Positions 10,461 to 21,694 of a DNA stretch of 64,000 bases are shown in pieces. The DNA is from an uncultured Desulfatitalea sp. (GTDB lineage: Bacteria; Desulfobacterota; Desulfobacteria; Desulfobacterales; Desulfosarcinaceae), in the NCBI GenBank assembly GCA_963668675.2, contig CAXXMB010000002.1:832001-896000 (forward strand), read 5' to 3'. Positions within the stretch are counted from its first letter, which is position 1, and each line of letters starts with the position of its first letter. Position numbers and translations under genes: made by a program. The notes beneath the pieces are model-generated. The model was not told where the DNA came from and did no database searches. It worked only from the letters and a program-made list of their open reading frames with translations.

Positions 10461-10730
10461 CTAATAGTCCTGATCCTGGAAATGGTGACCGTAGTGGCGT
10501 TTGATCAGGCGGTATACAACCGACGTGCTGGCGATAAAACTTAAGACGAGGAGTGTGACCGGCACCCAGAGATGGTGAAGATAGTCCGGCCGGGAGGACG
10601 CCACGGCAATACCGGCACCGCTGAAAACAGCAACTCCGATCAGTGCCACCAGCAGAATCCAGCACGCCGCATTGCTGTCATACCAGGGTGCAATCGCTTT
10701 TCGAAACAGTGGATTGGGATCTATTTTCAT
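10461..10730 (-). CDS. Small hypothetical membrane protein
   Basis: Two hydrophobic helices; fits the gap between convergent and divergent genes. Confidence 0.6.
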   Translation of the reverse strand: MKIDPNPLFRKAIAPWYDSNAACWILLVALIGVAVFSGAGIAVASSRPDYLHHLWVPVTLLVLSFIASTSVVYRLIKRHYGHHFQDQDY

Positions 10731-11090
10731 CGTTTTGTCCGCCGGTCATCGTTTCCAGAACCATACATGCGGTTTGATGGAAATGCAAACCGCATCCACG
10801 CCGTACCGGCCAGCCAATCGTTCTGTCTCGCATATTCCCCCTTTCAACATTTCTCAGCAATCGAACCACAACAACTAATAGAATTAAAAGGGAAACAGAC
10901 ACGATATCAACCAATGCCGAACGGTTGCGGCCACTCGTTCCCAAGCGCCGATTTGAAATCGGCGCAGGCAGCTCAATTGACAGGGGCGCCCATCCTGTGT
11001 AAGCAACTGTTAAAGCTAATTCTTAAAAAAAACGCCTTTTGCTGGACTGAAGCTGAACGATATCGACCGCGGTTATCTGAAGAGGGCATA

Positions 11091-14000
11091 ATGAAAATCT
11101 CCATTCGCTTGACGCTCATCCTTGGCGTCCTCGGCCTGATCTGGGGCACACAACTTATCATCACCACCTCCACCTATCTTTCCTCTGAAAAGGTTCTGGT
11201 GCGTCATGCTCGTGATATCATGCAGAATATCGCTGAGTTGACCATCGAAAAATCCAAAAACCACCTCTCATTGGCCCAGGGGGCCGCTCGGCTTACAGAG
11301 CGGTTGATCACCTCGCGGGTGGTGGACAGTCATGAGAGCCAGCTCAGCAACCTGGAGAGATATTTCCTCGACCAGTTGGCCGTCTCCCCCCAATTTGCCG
11401 GCATCTATGTCGGCAAACCCAACGGCGATTTTTTTTATGTGAACCGCGATACAACCCACGGCTCGGAAGGCTTTCGGACCAAAATCATCACCCATGCCGA
11501 TGGGCAAAAAAGTACCCGCCTGATTTTCCGGGACCATGACGCCCGCTTGATCGATGAGAGGATTGATCCTGCAGACCCGTATGACCCACGAACGAGGCCC
11601 TGGTATAGAAAGGCGCTCAAATCCAACGCCATCGTTTGGACCGACCCCTATATCTTCTTCACCTCCCAAAAGCCGGGCATCACCATTGCCGGTCCGATTT
11701 ATCAGAACGGGCAAAGCGTTCCGGGGCAGGATGGGCAGCAACTGCGGGGCGTCGTCGGTGTGGACATCGAAATCGACCAGCTCTCGACCTTTATCGGAAA
11801 ACTGCGCATCGGCAAAAGCGGTAGCGCTTTCATGATTAACAACAACGGGGATGTGGTCGCTTTCCCCGATTTGTCCAAGCTGACCTACGATGATGGCCTC
11901 CAGACGGGAAAGACGAGGCTCGCTAAGATCGGTGAGTTGGATGATGGTCTGTCGCGGGCGGCCTTTCAAGCCATCGATGTCTCCAAACGGCCGGATGACC
12001 GTATCGATCTGAAAACGCCATGCTTCGCCCGCTTCGAGTATGAAGGAGAGATCTACCACACCATGTTTGCGCCCTTCCTCGACCGCAACTGGCCGTGGAT
12101 TATCGGCGTCTATCTGCCGGAGAGCGACTACCTGGGTGGTATCAAAACCAATCGTGACATCAACCTTATGGTCACACTGGCCCTCTCCGTACTGGCCACC
12201 CTTCTCGGCCTGCGCGCCGTGCGCGGCATCGTCCGCCCCCTGGCCGGTCTTGAACGCGAAGCCCTGGCCATCAAACAGCACGATCTCACTCAGAGCTTCG
12301 ATATCGGATCGATCTATAAAGAGATTCAGGAGACGGCCGATTCGTTCACGCGCATGAAAGAGGCGCTCATCAGCAGCGAAGAGAAGTACCGCAGCATCTT
12401 CGAAAATATCCAGGACGTCTATTACGAGACCACCATCGACGGTATCATCCTGGAGATCAGCCCTTCGGTGGAGAAGTTCTCCAACTATACCCGCCGGGAG
12501 CTTATCGGTGCATCGCTCAACCAGATATATGCGGATCAAGAAACCCGCAAGACCTATTCGGAGACCATTCTGAAAGAGGGGAAAGTCGACGATTATGAAT
12601 TGCAGATGCAAAACCGCGACGGCGAGTTGGTCTATTGCTCGGTAAACGCCGTTCTCAGAACGACAGAGTCCGGAGAGCCCGACAGGATTATCGGTTCCCT
12701 GCGCGTCATCAACGAACGCAAACAGGCGGAGTTTGAGCTGCGCCGCTACCAGAACCAGCTTGAAGAGCTGGTCCACGAACGCACCCGAGACCTGGAGAAG
12801 ATCAACGAACAGTTACGGCTCGAGGTTGAAGCGCGCAAGGAGAAAGAGGAGCAGCTCCAGAAGAGCGAAGAGAAATACCGCTCGATTATCGAAAGCATGG
12901 ACAACGGCTATTTCGAGATGGACCTCAACGGAGATCTCACCTTCTTCAATCCCCCCCTGGCCGTCATGTTCGGATATGAAGACAAAAGCGAACTGATGGG
13001 GCTTAACTACCGCAACTATATCGCCGCGGATGAGATCCCGGCCATTGAAAAGCGATTCGAAAAAATCTTCGCCACAGGTGTACCGGACGCACTCTCGCGC
13101 TACACGGTCACGACCAAGGACGGCCGAAGAAAGACCGTTGAAGTCACTGCGGCCCTGATCTTCGATAACAACGGAAAGCCCGTCGGCTTTCGCGGGCTGG
13201 TGCTGGATATTACCGAACGGCTCAACGCTGAAAAGGAGAAGAAAAAGCTCGAAGAGCGTTTCCAGCAAATCCAGCGTCTGGAGGGGATCGGCACCCTGGC
13301 GGGTGGCGTGGCCCACGATTTCAACAACCTGCTCATGGGGATTCAGGGCAATGTATCTTTGATGCTGCTGCACTCGAAATCGGGCGATCGCGACTATGAA
13401 AAGCTGAAAAGCATCGAAGCGTGTGTGGCCGGTGGCGCCGACCTCACCCGGCAACTTTTGGGATTCGCCCGGGGGGGGAAATATATGGTCAAGCCGGTGG
13501 ATCTGAACAGCGTGGTCCATGGAACCGCCGGTATGTTTGGCCGCACACGCAAGGAGATCAAAATCCTCAAGAAACAGCAGAAGAACATCTGGCCGGTCAT
13601 GGCCGACCAAAGCCAGATCGAGCAGGTACTGCTCAATCTCTGCATCAATGCCTGGCAAGCCATGCCTGACGGTGGCAATATCTACGTTGAGACCAAAAAT
13701 GTGGTACTCGACGAAAGCTTCGCCCAACCCTTCGGCGCCGCCCCAGGGCGCTATGTGCGCATCTCGATTGCCGACACAGGAACCGGCATCGACCCATCAA
13801 TACAGCATAAGATATTTGAACCCTTCTTTACGACCAAGGAGATCGGCCGCGGCACCGGTTTGGGGTTGGCATCGACCTACGGCATCATCAAAAACCACGA
13901 TGGCATCATCGATTTTATCAGTCAGCCGAATGAGGGCACGACATTCTATGTTTACCTTCCGGCCACCGACGCGGCGGTCGAGGATGAACAAGCCTTGGCG

Positions 14001-14384
14001 ATGGAAGCGACCAAGGGGTCCGGCACCATCCTGCTGGTCGATGACGAAGAGATCATCATCGATGTCAACAAGGCCATGCTGGAGACGCTGGGCTACACCG
14101 TCATCCCAGCCATTGGCGGTAAAGAAGCTGTCCGGATCTATGAAAACGATGGGGAACGCATCGACATGGTGATTCTGGATATGATCATGCCGGATCTGAG
14201 TGGTGGTGAAGTATTCGACCGCCTCAAGAGCATCGACCCGAGCGTCAAAGTGCTCCTCTCCAGCGGCTACAGTCTGACCGATCAGGCCGAAACCATCCTG
14301 GAGCGCGGCTGCCTGGGCTTCATTCAAAAACCGTTCAACATCGAACAGCTGAGCCTGAAAATCATGGAAGTTCTGGAGAGTTAA
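11091..14384 (+). CDS. Hybrid sensor histidine kinase (Cache, HAMP, 2xPAS, HisKA, HATPase, receiver)
   Basis: YDPRTRPWY Cache motif, AHDFNN H-box, FFTTK..GTGLGL, C-terminal receiver; likely start MKISIR at 11091, not 10572. Confidence 0.92.
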   Translation: MKISIRLTLILGVLGLIWGTQLIITTSTYLSSEKVLVRHARDIMQNIAELTIEKSKNHLSLAQGAARLTERLITSRVVDSHESQLSNLERYFLDQLAVSPQFAGIYVGKPNGDFFYVNRDTTHGSEGFRTKIITHADGQKSTRLIFRDHDARLIDERIDPADPYDPRTRPWYRKALKSNAIVWTDPYIFFTSQKPGITIAGPIYQNGQSVPGQDGQQLRGVVGVDIEIDQLSTFIGKLRIGKSGSAFMINNNGDVVAFPDLSKLTYDDGLQTGKTRLAKIGELDDGLSRAAFQAIDVSKRPDDRIDLKTPCFARFEYEGEIYHTMFAPFLDRNWPWIIGVYLPESDYLGGIKTNRDINLMVTLALSVLATLLGLRAVRGIVRPLAGLEREALAIKQHDLTQSFDIGSIYKEIQETADSFTRMKEALISSEEKYRSIFENIQDVYYETTIDGIILEISPSVEKFSNYTRRELIGASLNQIYADQETRKTYSETILKEGKVDDYELQMQNRDGELVYCSVNAVLRTTESGEPDRIIGSLRVINERKQAEFELRRYQNQLEELVHERTRDLEKINEQLRLEVEARKEKEEQLQKSEEKYRSIIESMDNGYFEMDLNGDLTFFNPPLAVMFGYEDKSELMGLNYRNYIAADEIPAIEKRFEKIFATGVPDALSRYTVTTKDGRRKTVEVTAALIFDNNGKPVGFRGLVLDITERLNAEKEKKKLEERFQQIQRLEGIGTLAGGVAHDFNNLLMGIQGNVSLMLLHSKSGDRDYEKLKSIEACVAGGADLTRQLLGFARGGKYMVKPVDLNSVVHGTAGMFGRTRKEIKILKKQQKNIWPVMADQSQIEQVLLNLCINAWQAMPDGGNIYVETKNVVLDESFAQPFGAAPGRYVRISIADTGTGIDPSIQHKIFEPFFTTKEIGRGTGLGLASTYGIIKNHDGIIDFISQPNEGTTFYVYLPATDAAVEDEQALAMEATKGSGTILLVDDEEIIIDVNKAMLETLGYTVIPAIGGKEAVRIYENDGERIDMVILDMIMPDLSGGEVFDRLKSIDPSVKVLLSSGYSLTDQAETILERGCLGFIQKPFNIEQLSLKIMEVLES

Positions 14385-14959
14385 ACCGATGCATCTACCA
14401 GCAGCATCCAATAGGCATTGAGCTGACGGTCCAGCTCTCTGGGGTTGGGGATCTGTTTTGAGAGCGCTTCCCAGAATTGGGGCCCGTGATGCTTGATGCG
14501 GGTGTGTACCAGTTCGTGAAGGATCGTATAGTCCATCAACGATTGGGGCAGATGGACAAGCTTGGCGTTCAAATTGATGTTGTTCTTGTGGGAACAGCTG
14601 CCCCAGCGCGTCTTCTGGTTGCGGATGAACACCCGGTTATAGGTGAATCCGTGTCGGACCGCCAGCACCTCCAAACGCTGCACCAGGATGGTCCGGGCTT
14701 GTGATGGAGAGATGTCGCTCTCCACGTTTCGTGCCAGTACCGTCTGCTCGACCAGCGCCATGCGTGCCAGGTGTTTGGCCAACCAATCCGATTTGTTTCG
14801 GGCAATGTCCAGGGCCTCATTGAAAGAGACCCCTTTGGGCACGGCGATGCGAACGCCCCTGAAAGGTTTTACCGACAGGTTGATGTGGCGGGCGCGGCTG
14901 CTGCGCTCCAACAGAATCTCACCAACCCCCTCCAATATCACCTTTTTCGATTGCATCAC
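14381..14959 (-). CDS. YgjP/DUF45-like (M48-type) zinc metallopeptidase family protein
   Basis: QKTRWGSCS and HELVH..IKHH...FW motifs. Confidence 0.88.
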   Translation of the reverse strand: MMQSKKVILEGVGEILLERSSRARHINLSVKPFRGVRIAVPKGVSFNEALDIARNKSDWLAKHLARMALVEQTVLARNVESDISPSQARTILVQRLEVLAVRHGFTYNRVFIRNQKTRWGSCSHKNNINLNAKLVHLPQSLMDYTILHELVHTRIKHHGPQFWEALSKQIPNPRELDRQLNAYWMLLVDASV

Positions 14960-15233
14960 CTGGCACCTTGCGTTGGCTCATCGGTTACCCACGCTCAAGG
15001 CGGCGACCATATCACAATCTCGACGTCCATGCACCCGCTGACCGAAACTGGAGATACAACCAGCGCATTCCCTCTTGCCGATACATATCCCAGCCCACTG
15101 GTTTTGTTAATAATAAAGATGGACAACACAAGGGGAAGTGGGGTAGTGAGAGGGGTCGATAAAAAAAGCTCACGCAAACTATGGCAGGGCCATTGGATCT
15201 AATGCGCCGACAGCCAACAGAATCATCAAGCGT

Positions 15234-17375
15234 ATGAAGCGTTCCAAAGCACTTCAAATCGCCCTCTTCTATGCCCTCTTCGCAGGCATCTGGATTCTTG
15301 TCTCCGATCAGATGAGCCTCCTGATGAGCGACTATTTTCCACCGCCGATTCGCCCCTATCTGCAAACCCTCAAGGGCGGTCTGTTTGTCGTCATCACATG
15401 CGTCCTGCTCTATCTTCTGATCAAAAGGGAGGTCGGCCAGTTGAAACGTGCCGAAACCCGACTCAAAGAGAGCCAGGCCATCGTCAACGCCAGCCCCATG
15501 ATCATTTGCCTGTGGCGAAATGCTCCCCGATGGCCGGTCGAGATGATATCGGAGAATGCCACGGAGACGTTCGGCTATGCCCCGGAGGAGTTTACCAGCG
15601 AAGCGATTACATTCGCTGAAGTGGTCCATCCCGATGACATGGAGCGCATCAGCGAGGAGATCGTCGAAAACATCAAGGTGTTGAAACGCGATGCCTTCGC
15701 CCAAAGCTACCGTATCATCACCAAAGAGGGCGATATCAAATGGGTCGAGGACCGCACGCTGGTCCGACGCAACGAACAGGGGCGCATCACCCATTTCCAG
15801 GGTATTGTCTTTGACGTTACCGAAAAGAAGTTGGCCGAGGAGAATTCGCGGCGGCGGAAGGAGCTGCTGCAGACCATCATGGACAACATCCCGCTGATGA
15901 TCGTATTCAACGAGGCCGACGGGCGGATTCGATGGGCCAACCGCACCTGGGAATCAACCTTGGGATGGCGCCTGGACGAAGCCGAATCATCAGACATCAT
16001 GCGTAGTCTCTACCCCGACCCGGCCGACCACACTGAAGTGATGGAATTCATTCGGCGCGCCGAAGGCAAGTGGGGGACGTTCAAAGTTCATACTAGGGAC
16101 GGATCTGTATTGGAGACCTCCTGGATCAATATGGTGCTCTCCGATGGAACCAACATCGGCATCGGCCAGGATGTTACCGAGTTCAGGGCGCAGGAGCGCA
16201 AGAGAAGAGATTTGGAGGTCCAGCTGCTTCAGTCCCAGAAGATGGAAGCGGTGGGGCGCCTGGCCGGCGGCGTGGCCCACGACTTCAACAACCTGCTGGC
16301 GGTCGTCCTGGGCTACGCCGAACTACTGCTTCCCCAATGCTCGCCGGGAGATGCATTCGAACCGTCGTTGCGTAAAATTGTCGGTGCGGCGGAGCGCGCC
16401 AAAAACCTCACCCGACAACTGCTCGCCTTTGGCCGCAAACAGATGCTCACCGTCAACACGTTCGATATCAACAGCGTCATCCGCGCCTTTGAAAAGATGA
16501 TCCGCAGGACACTCAGCGAAGACATTGCCATTGAACTGGCGTTAACCGACCAGCCATGCACCATCAAAGCGGACATCTCACAGATCGAACAGGTGTTGAT
16601 GAACCTTGTGCTCAATGCGCGCGACGCCATGCCCGACGGCGGCACCCTGACCATCGAGACCGCCGTCCGCAGCATCGACGAAACTTACGCCGCAGGCAAA
16701 CCCGGAACTGCCCCGGGGTCCTACATCATGGTGGCCATCAGCGACACGGGCACGGGAATGGACCAACAGACCTCGGCTCATATCTTCGAACCCTTCTTCA
16801 CCACCAAAGGCGAAGAGAGCGGCACCGGATTGGGCCTCTCCACCGCCTATGGCATCGTCAAACAGCACGAAGGCAACATCTGGGTCTACAGCGAACCGGG
16901 TCAGGGTACCATTTTTAAAATCTACCTTCCCCATGTATCCGAAGAGGCGACCGCAAAGGAATCGAAAAAAGCACCCCCACCGTTCGCGCCGTCATCCATA
17001 TCGGCCCGTATCCTCGTCGTCGAAGACGACGACGCGGTTCGCGACCTGACCTCCACCCTTCTGGAGGGGCTGGGGTTTGATGTGATCAGCTCCGAAGACG
17101 CCACCGATGCTATCCGGCTTGCGAAGGAGATCGATCAACCGCTCGATCTGCTCCTCACCGACGTCGTCATGCCGGACATGAAAGGCCCGGAAGTGTATCG
17201 CCAAATCGTCGAGCACCAACCCGACATCAAAGTGCTCTACATGTCCGGCTACACGGAGAATGTGATCTTTAAGAAAGGCATCCTGCAAGAGGGCATCGAC
17301 TTCATCCAGAAACCCTTCACGTTAAGGGCCCTGCACGAAAAGATCAGCCGGATTCTCAGCCCCCCATCAGTATAA
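15234..17375 (+). CDS. Hybrid PAS sensor histidine kinase/response regulator
   Basis: Two N-terminal TMs, PAS domains, AHDFNN, FFTTK, receiver with TDVVMP. Confidence 0.92.
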   Translation: MKRSKALQIALFYALFAGIWILVSDQMSLLMSDYFPPPIRPYLQTLKGGLFVVITCVLLYLLIKREVGQLKRAETRLKESQAIVNASPMIICLWRNAPRWPVEMISENATETFGYAPEEFTSEAITFAEVVHPDDMERISEEIVENIKVLKRDAFAQSYRIITKEGDIKWVEDRTLVRRNEQGRITHFQGIVFDVTEKKLAEENSRRRKELLQTIMDNIPLMIVFNEADGRIRWANRTWESTLGWRLDEAESSDIMRSLYPDPADHTEVMEFIRRAEGKWGTFKVHTRDGSVLETSWINMVLSDGTNIGIGQDVTEFRAQERKRRDLEVQLLQSQKMEAVGRLAGGVAHDFNNLLAVVLGYAELLLPQCSPGDAFEPSLRKIVGAAERAKNLTRQLLAFGRKQMLTVNTFDINSVIRAFEKMIRRTLSEDIAIELALTDQPCTIKADISQIEQVLMNLVLNARDAMPDGGTLTIETAVRSIDETYAAGKPGTAPGSYIMVAISDTGTGMDQQTSAHIFEPFFTTKGEESGTGLGLSTAYGIVKQHEGNIWVYSEPGQGTIFKIYLPHVSEEATAKESKKAPPPFAPSSISARILVVEDDDAVRDLTSTLLEGLGFDVISSEDATDAIRLAKEIDQPLDLLLTDVVMPDMKGPEVYRQIVEHQPDIKVLYMSGYTENVIFKKGILQEGIDFIQKPFTLRALHEKISRILSPPSV

Positions 17376-17376
17376 T

Positions 17377-17409
17377 AAAAGAGAGCCCGGGAGAACCGGA
17401 CTCTCTTTT
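17377..17409. terminator. Bidirectional rho-independent terminator
   Basis: AAAAGAGAGCCCGG-GAGAA-CCGGACTCTCTTTT between convergent genes. Confidence 0.75.
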
Positions 17410-17480
17410 GCTGCATGATATTGTATCGTATAGTGGCCGGCCTTATCGCATCAAAACCGGCTGCGCCGTATGTCATCTTC

Positions 17481-19568
17481 CTACCTGGGCATCGCCATCG
17501 GCAGTATGCTCATCACCATATCCCAGGGGGCAACCGGCCAGTCGTACAGCGTTCCGGGGAGGTCTTCCTCGTCTTCGAAATCACCGTTGCCATTCATATC
17601 GCCCAGGACACGATACTGTCCCTCCATGGCCTCCAGCCGTCCGGCCACGCCATTGGTGGTAGAGGTCACGGTCAAGGCGCCACTCACAGGCCATCCGCCA
17701 TCCGCGAAGATAAACGGTGTGCCGATGGTGGTTACGCTCACCGACCCATAGGTGCTATGGTAGAAGGTGCCGTTTACGGTCACTAAGGTATCCTCACCTC
17801 CATCCGTAACGTCGATCTGGTAGTTGTCCATGAAGGTCGTCACGCCCGCCGGGTTGGTGGCGATCAGAGAGAGCGCCACATGGGTCCCCTCTTCAGATTG
17901 CGTGAAATCGAAGTCGCCGCCGTAGATAAACGCCGCCCCTTGATCGATGATCGAGAGGCGACCCACATGCAGATTTATCGCCATCTCCGAAGCTGACACC
18001 TCATCGATGTTGGAGTGACTGCTCTCGACCAGCAGGGTCATATTGGGCGCACCACCGATCGCGGGCGCTTCGATGGCGAAGACCTGCTCGCCCTCTTCCA
18101 TCAGGCTCAACTCACCGGAGAGCGAAGCTTCGACGCGATTGCTCGATTCATAACCATCATAGTCCCCCGCTTCCGTGTAGTGGTCCGTTTCGGTGCTGCT
18201 CATCGAGAAGGAGAGATTCAGATCTTCCAGTAAAAATGAGGTCTCTTCGGCAGTAAAACTCAAAGAGGCCTGCAGGTCGAGACCCATTTGACTTTCGTAA
18301 ACCACATCCCCCTCATCGATGGCTGTGGTGTATTCGTTGGCCAGCGTCAAACTGCCCAGTTCCAGATTGAGGTTGAACATTTCGGTCTCGACCTCGCCAG
18401 CCACATCGTTGGCCACAACCGTAACCGTACCCGAGCATGCGAAGGATGAGGATTCACTGGACACCCCTCTCGTGCCGCCGTGAAACGCTACAGTGGCGTA
18501 GCTCTGCTCCTCCTCGGCTTTAAAGGAACCGTTGACCAGATCGACCGTGATCACCTGGGATTCCCCAGCCACATCACCGCTTGCAGTCAGCACCAAGTGG
18601 ACACCGCCACTCAGACTGGTGTCGTAATAAGCATCGCGGGTTTCCCCTTCGTTGGCAATTGTTTCACCGGAGGCCGTCATTACAATGCAGTTGCTTGCCA
18701 TGAGACTGATCGATTCACTATTGAAGCTGATCTGTCCGAAGAAGTTGCCCTCATAGCGCTCCTTCTCTCCTGTCTCATCCGAGCCGTAAAAAAAACGGTT
18801 CTCCAGCGTTCCGGAGATGGCCACACTCTCACCGGCATCCGCATTGGCTCCGCTGAACTGACCCACGACGCTGATCAACTGGTCGTCGGATTCATAGTCA
18901 TCCAGAAAGGTCATCAAAGCGACCAGATCCGCCGGCGCATCGGGCGCCGAATCAAATGCCATGGAGACCGTCACAGTACCGTTGGCGCTGAAAGGTTCGG
19001 CGCAGCCCCCCGGCGTCTCTTCGCTGCAGTGCTCAGCCTGGTTCAACGTAATAACGATGGTGTAGCGATCGCTGGCAGCATCATAGATCCAGCTGCCGGC
19101 CGTTGCTGTTCCGCTGACATTGGGATAGCCCTCCTCGATCAGACGATCGTGCAACTCCTCCAGCAAAATATCGCCGAGAAGATCCTCCATGGCACCACTG
19201 ACCATTTCACCCGCAGCGCTGCGGGTCACACCATCGGAGAGCGAGCGAACCATCGGTTCCACCGCTTGCTTCTCAGCATCTGCCGCCATCAAACCCGTGA
19301 CCGACAGAGATCGGGACAACGCACTCGGCAACACATCATTTGCACGTGCATCGGAACCCAACAGGTTCAACCCCATGGCTCCCTTGGCCAGCTCTTCGAT
19401 ATTGGTGTCGTCAATCACAGCCGGATCTTCGTTTCCGCTATAGCCAAGTGCCTGGACACCGTCCGGTGGGGGCGCACTGCCACCGCCAGACCCACCGCCA
19501 CAAGCGGTTACCAGCGCCATAATTGCAAACAACATCAGCAACAGCATACCATTCGACTTAACGTTCAT
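17481..19568 (-). CDS. Large acidic lipoprotein of unknown function
   Basis: Lipobox LVTA-C followed by GGGSGGGS linker; very D/E-rich; C-terminal DMNGNGDFEDEED. Confidence 0.8.
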   Translation of the reverse strand: MNVKSNGMLLLMLFAIMALVTACGGGSGGGSAPPPDGVQALGYSGNEDPAVIDDTNIEELAKGAMGLNLLGSDARANDVLPSALSRSLSVTGLMAADAEKQAVEPMVRSLSDGVTRSAAGEMVSGAMEDLLGDILLEELHDRLIEEGYPNVSGTATAGSWIYDAASDRYTIVITLNQAEHCSEETPGGCAEPFSANGTVTVSMAFDSAPDAPADLVALMTFLDDYESDDQLISVVGQFSGANADAGESVAISGTLENRFFYGSDETGEKERYEGNFFGQISFNSESISLMASNCIVMTASGETIANEGETRDAYYDTSLSGGVHLVLTASGDVAGESQVITVDLVNGSFKAEEEQSYATVAFHGGTRGVSSESSSFACSGTVTVVANDVAGEVETEMFNLNLELGSLTLANEYTTAIDEGDVVYESQMGLDLQASLSFTAEETSFLLEDLNLSFSMSSTETDHYTEAGDYDGYESSNRVEASLSGELSLMEEGEQVFAIEAPAIGGAPNMTLLVESSHSNIDEVSASEMAINLHVGRLSIIDQGAAFIYGGDFDFTQSEEGTHVALSLIATNPAGVTTFMDNYQIDVTDGGEDTLVTVNGTFYHSTYGSVSVTTIGTPFIFADGGWPVSGALTVTSTTNGVAGRLEAMEGQYRVLGDMNGNGDFEDEEDLPGTLYDWPVAPWDMVMSILPMAMPR

Positions 19569-19684
19569 CTCGGAATTCCTTTCAGCATTGTTGTTTCGTT
19601 TAGAGGTTGCATCTTCATTCTATGAAAGCAGTAATTCCCAACTTGTGCGGATCTGCGTTCGCTCATTCAAAAAGGAGAGAGTGA

Positions 19685-19698
19685 GCAACTTGTGTGCC
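19685..19698 (-). promoter_or_regulatory. Sigma-54 (-24/-12) promoter of the lipoprotein gene
   Basis: Minus strand TGGCAC-ACAAG-TTGC, ~115 bp upstream of the start codon. Confidence 0.75.
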
Positions 19699-19799
19699 AC
19701 CAAAGAATAAAAACAGTATTTACATTTATTTTCTTACAGTTATGCTATTTTACCCCATTGAACTACTGCTTTAGTAAATAAGAGATTCATTACCCGCTA

Positions 19800-19833
19800 T
19801 CCGGAATTCCGGACAGCGTCCCGGATTTCGGAC
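19800..19833. promoter_or_regulatory. Candidate enhancer (bEBP) binding sites
   Basis: Perfect palindrome TCCGGAATTCCGGA plus related GTCCCGGATTTCGGAC, ~100-135 bp upstream of the sigma-54 site across an AT-rich spacer. Confidence 0.5.
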
Positions 19834-20325
19834 CGACAGGGCATCCGTGGCACGCACACACCATGCACCCCCCCTGCGCACCGTGATGGCACAAGATTCA
19901 TGCACATGATCGATTTAGCTACTAACTGAAATATATAGATAAAATAAGCGCCCGGCGATATCATTTATAAACAGGGCGATGACGGCCACCGTCTAAAGCA
20001 ATCATCATTACAGTGGTCCGAAGATGAGAGGGTCGATAGAAATACTAACAAATCGAGGTTGCACTAGGTATGAAACTAACTTCCTATTACTTGTGGGCAC
20101 AACTGCCTAGTTGCGAAGCACTGGAACTGACGTTGTAATCGTGCATCAGAACACACGGCCTGGAGTATGGTGATGGTCCAGGTGATGTTAGGCGTTGAAT
20201 TTATCCGGCAACGGCAATCTGAAGCTCAGCGTATCTTTCAATTCTAAAATAGAAAATCGCCTTTCCATCGCCGGAATTACAGGTTGGATTCCAAAGAATA
20301 TGTATTCCGTAAGCGATCCCGATTA

Positions 20326-20532
20326 TCAAATCCAGCCTCCGTATGCCCTTAGTCGAATAAAGGAGATCAGGGTTTCATCGACCTTTCTTTTTACCATCAG
20401 GCGCTCGATGATTTTCATAATGCCTTTTACTACCCATCCCCCAATAACGAAAATGGCAATAGCACTGACGACTCTGAGGCCATAAAGGGTCAGTAAAGTG
20501 TATACTTTTCCCATCAAATCAGACCATTCCAT
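20326..20532 (-). pseudogene. Truncated MscS small mechanosensitive channel (N-terminus only)
   Basis: YGLRVVSAIAIFVIGGWVVK...RKVDETLISF matches the MscS TM1 region, then the frame breaks off. Confidence 0.65.
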
Positions 20533-20555
20533 TTCTTCCTCCTTTTATCTTGGAT

Positions 20556-21268
20556 TTAGAAGCTGATTACCATTGACGTTGAAAAAATGGTGTCAGTTTT
20601 TTTTAGCTCGCGGGGTATAGGATCGTTGTTGTACAATACCGAGTACGAAATTTTCAGTGCCAGAATATCCGTCAACGTTGTGATCAACGCGGTTTCCGAG
20701 TTTAATTTCCAGGTATCAATTTCTTCCCAGCTTTGCAGGTATTGCAGCCCTTGATAGAATTTAGTTTTTTCCGAAAACACCCATTCGTATTTTGCAAACA
20801 GCCTACCTTCCAAAAAATCATTTTCCCCCTCTTGAGGATCTGTGTAATTTTCAAATGCGTTGGGCCAATCAAAAAACGATATCCCAAACCCGGTCCGATG
20901 CCAAAGCGATGATCGAATCCTGAGAACTTATCTTGAAACCAGCTACCGAGTCCGTAAGCATACCATCTGTCATTTATGGAATAATCGGCTCTTAGGTCCG
21001 TGAAATATCTCTCGGTTTCTTTTATGCCATCTGCCTCGTTATATATGGCGCCAGCGAACCATGACCCCGACCACTTCTCGTTAAATAAATATTTCATCTC
21101 ATTTTTGCCGGCCAGACTCAGCGTATCGGTGTTTCCAGTTGTGTTGACCAGAGATATGCTTGTCTCATTGGAAAAACGCTTTTTTCCTTCTGTAGACTGG
21201 TTTTCGGCATAAGCAAGGGCGACTGAACAGACAAGTAATACGTTTAAAAATATCAGAATATTACGCAT
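20556..21268 (-). pseudogene. DUF481/YdiY-family outer-membrane beta-barrel, frameshifted
   Basis: N-part (signal peptide, NTTGNTDT, G.GLGYRF) and C-part (NSETAL..., KKTDTIF..ISF) lie in different frames, with the break near 20815-20860. Confidence 0.75.
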
Positions 21269-21694
21269 TTATTATTCTACCTCTTTGTTCATATTTTCAA
21301 CGGAGCCCAAGAGTAATTGAGATACACCTTCAATCGGACCTTTGCCAAAACGGAGGGGACTCTTGTAGGCAATACGGATGTTGTGGTGGGTCAGAAAGAC
21401 GCAGAGGTTGCGATTACATTTTGCAAATTTAGCTTGTCATGTATTTCAACCGCGTTGGCATACATTGAGAGTATCCCAAGAAAATTGAGACTGTCAAATC
21501 CTGTGATCACATACCAGTGCATGCCGGTCGGCACCAATTGGGATGCTAAACGTTTTCATGATATTCCAGGACACACTAATTGCGTAAGATTTCAATATTA
21601 CTTCAGCTAAATAGACTATCTTTTGCGATCAGAATGATCTGATCTGTCTATTAAGTCAGAATGAAAAGCGTCAGCGCTGTCTGATCATATTCGA

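Noticed and set aside
10572..11090. N-terminal extension of the 1270-aa kinase ORF
   Set aside because: Overlaps an opposite-strand gene and lacks domain features; the TM-bearing start at 11091 is more plausible
19846..19905. Additional TGGCAC motifs on the plus strand as sigma-54 promoters
   Set aside because: No TTGC at the correct -12 spacing and no downstream gene
20146..20193. attC-like palindrome TCAGAAC..CCTGGA..TCCAGG..GTTAGGC
   Set aside because: Only 48 bp, no associated cassette ORF and no matching upstream R' box; may be chance
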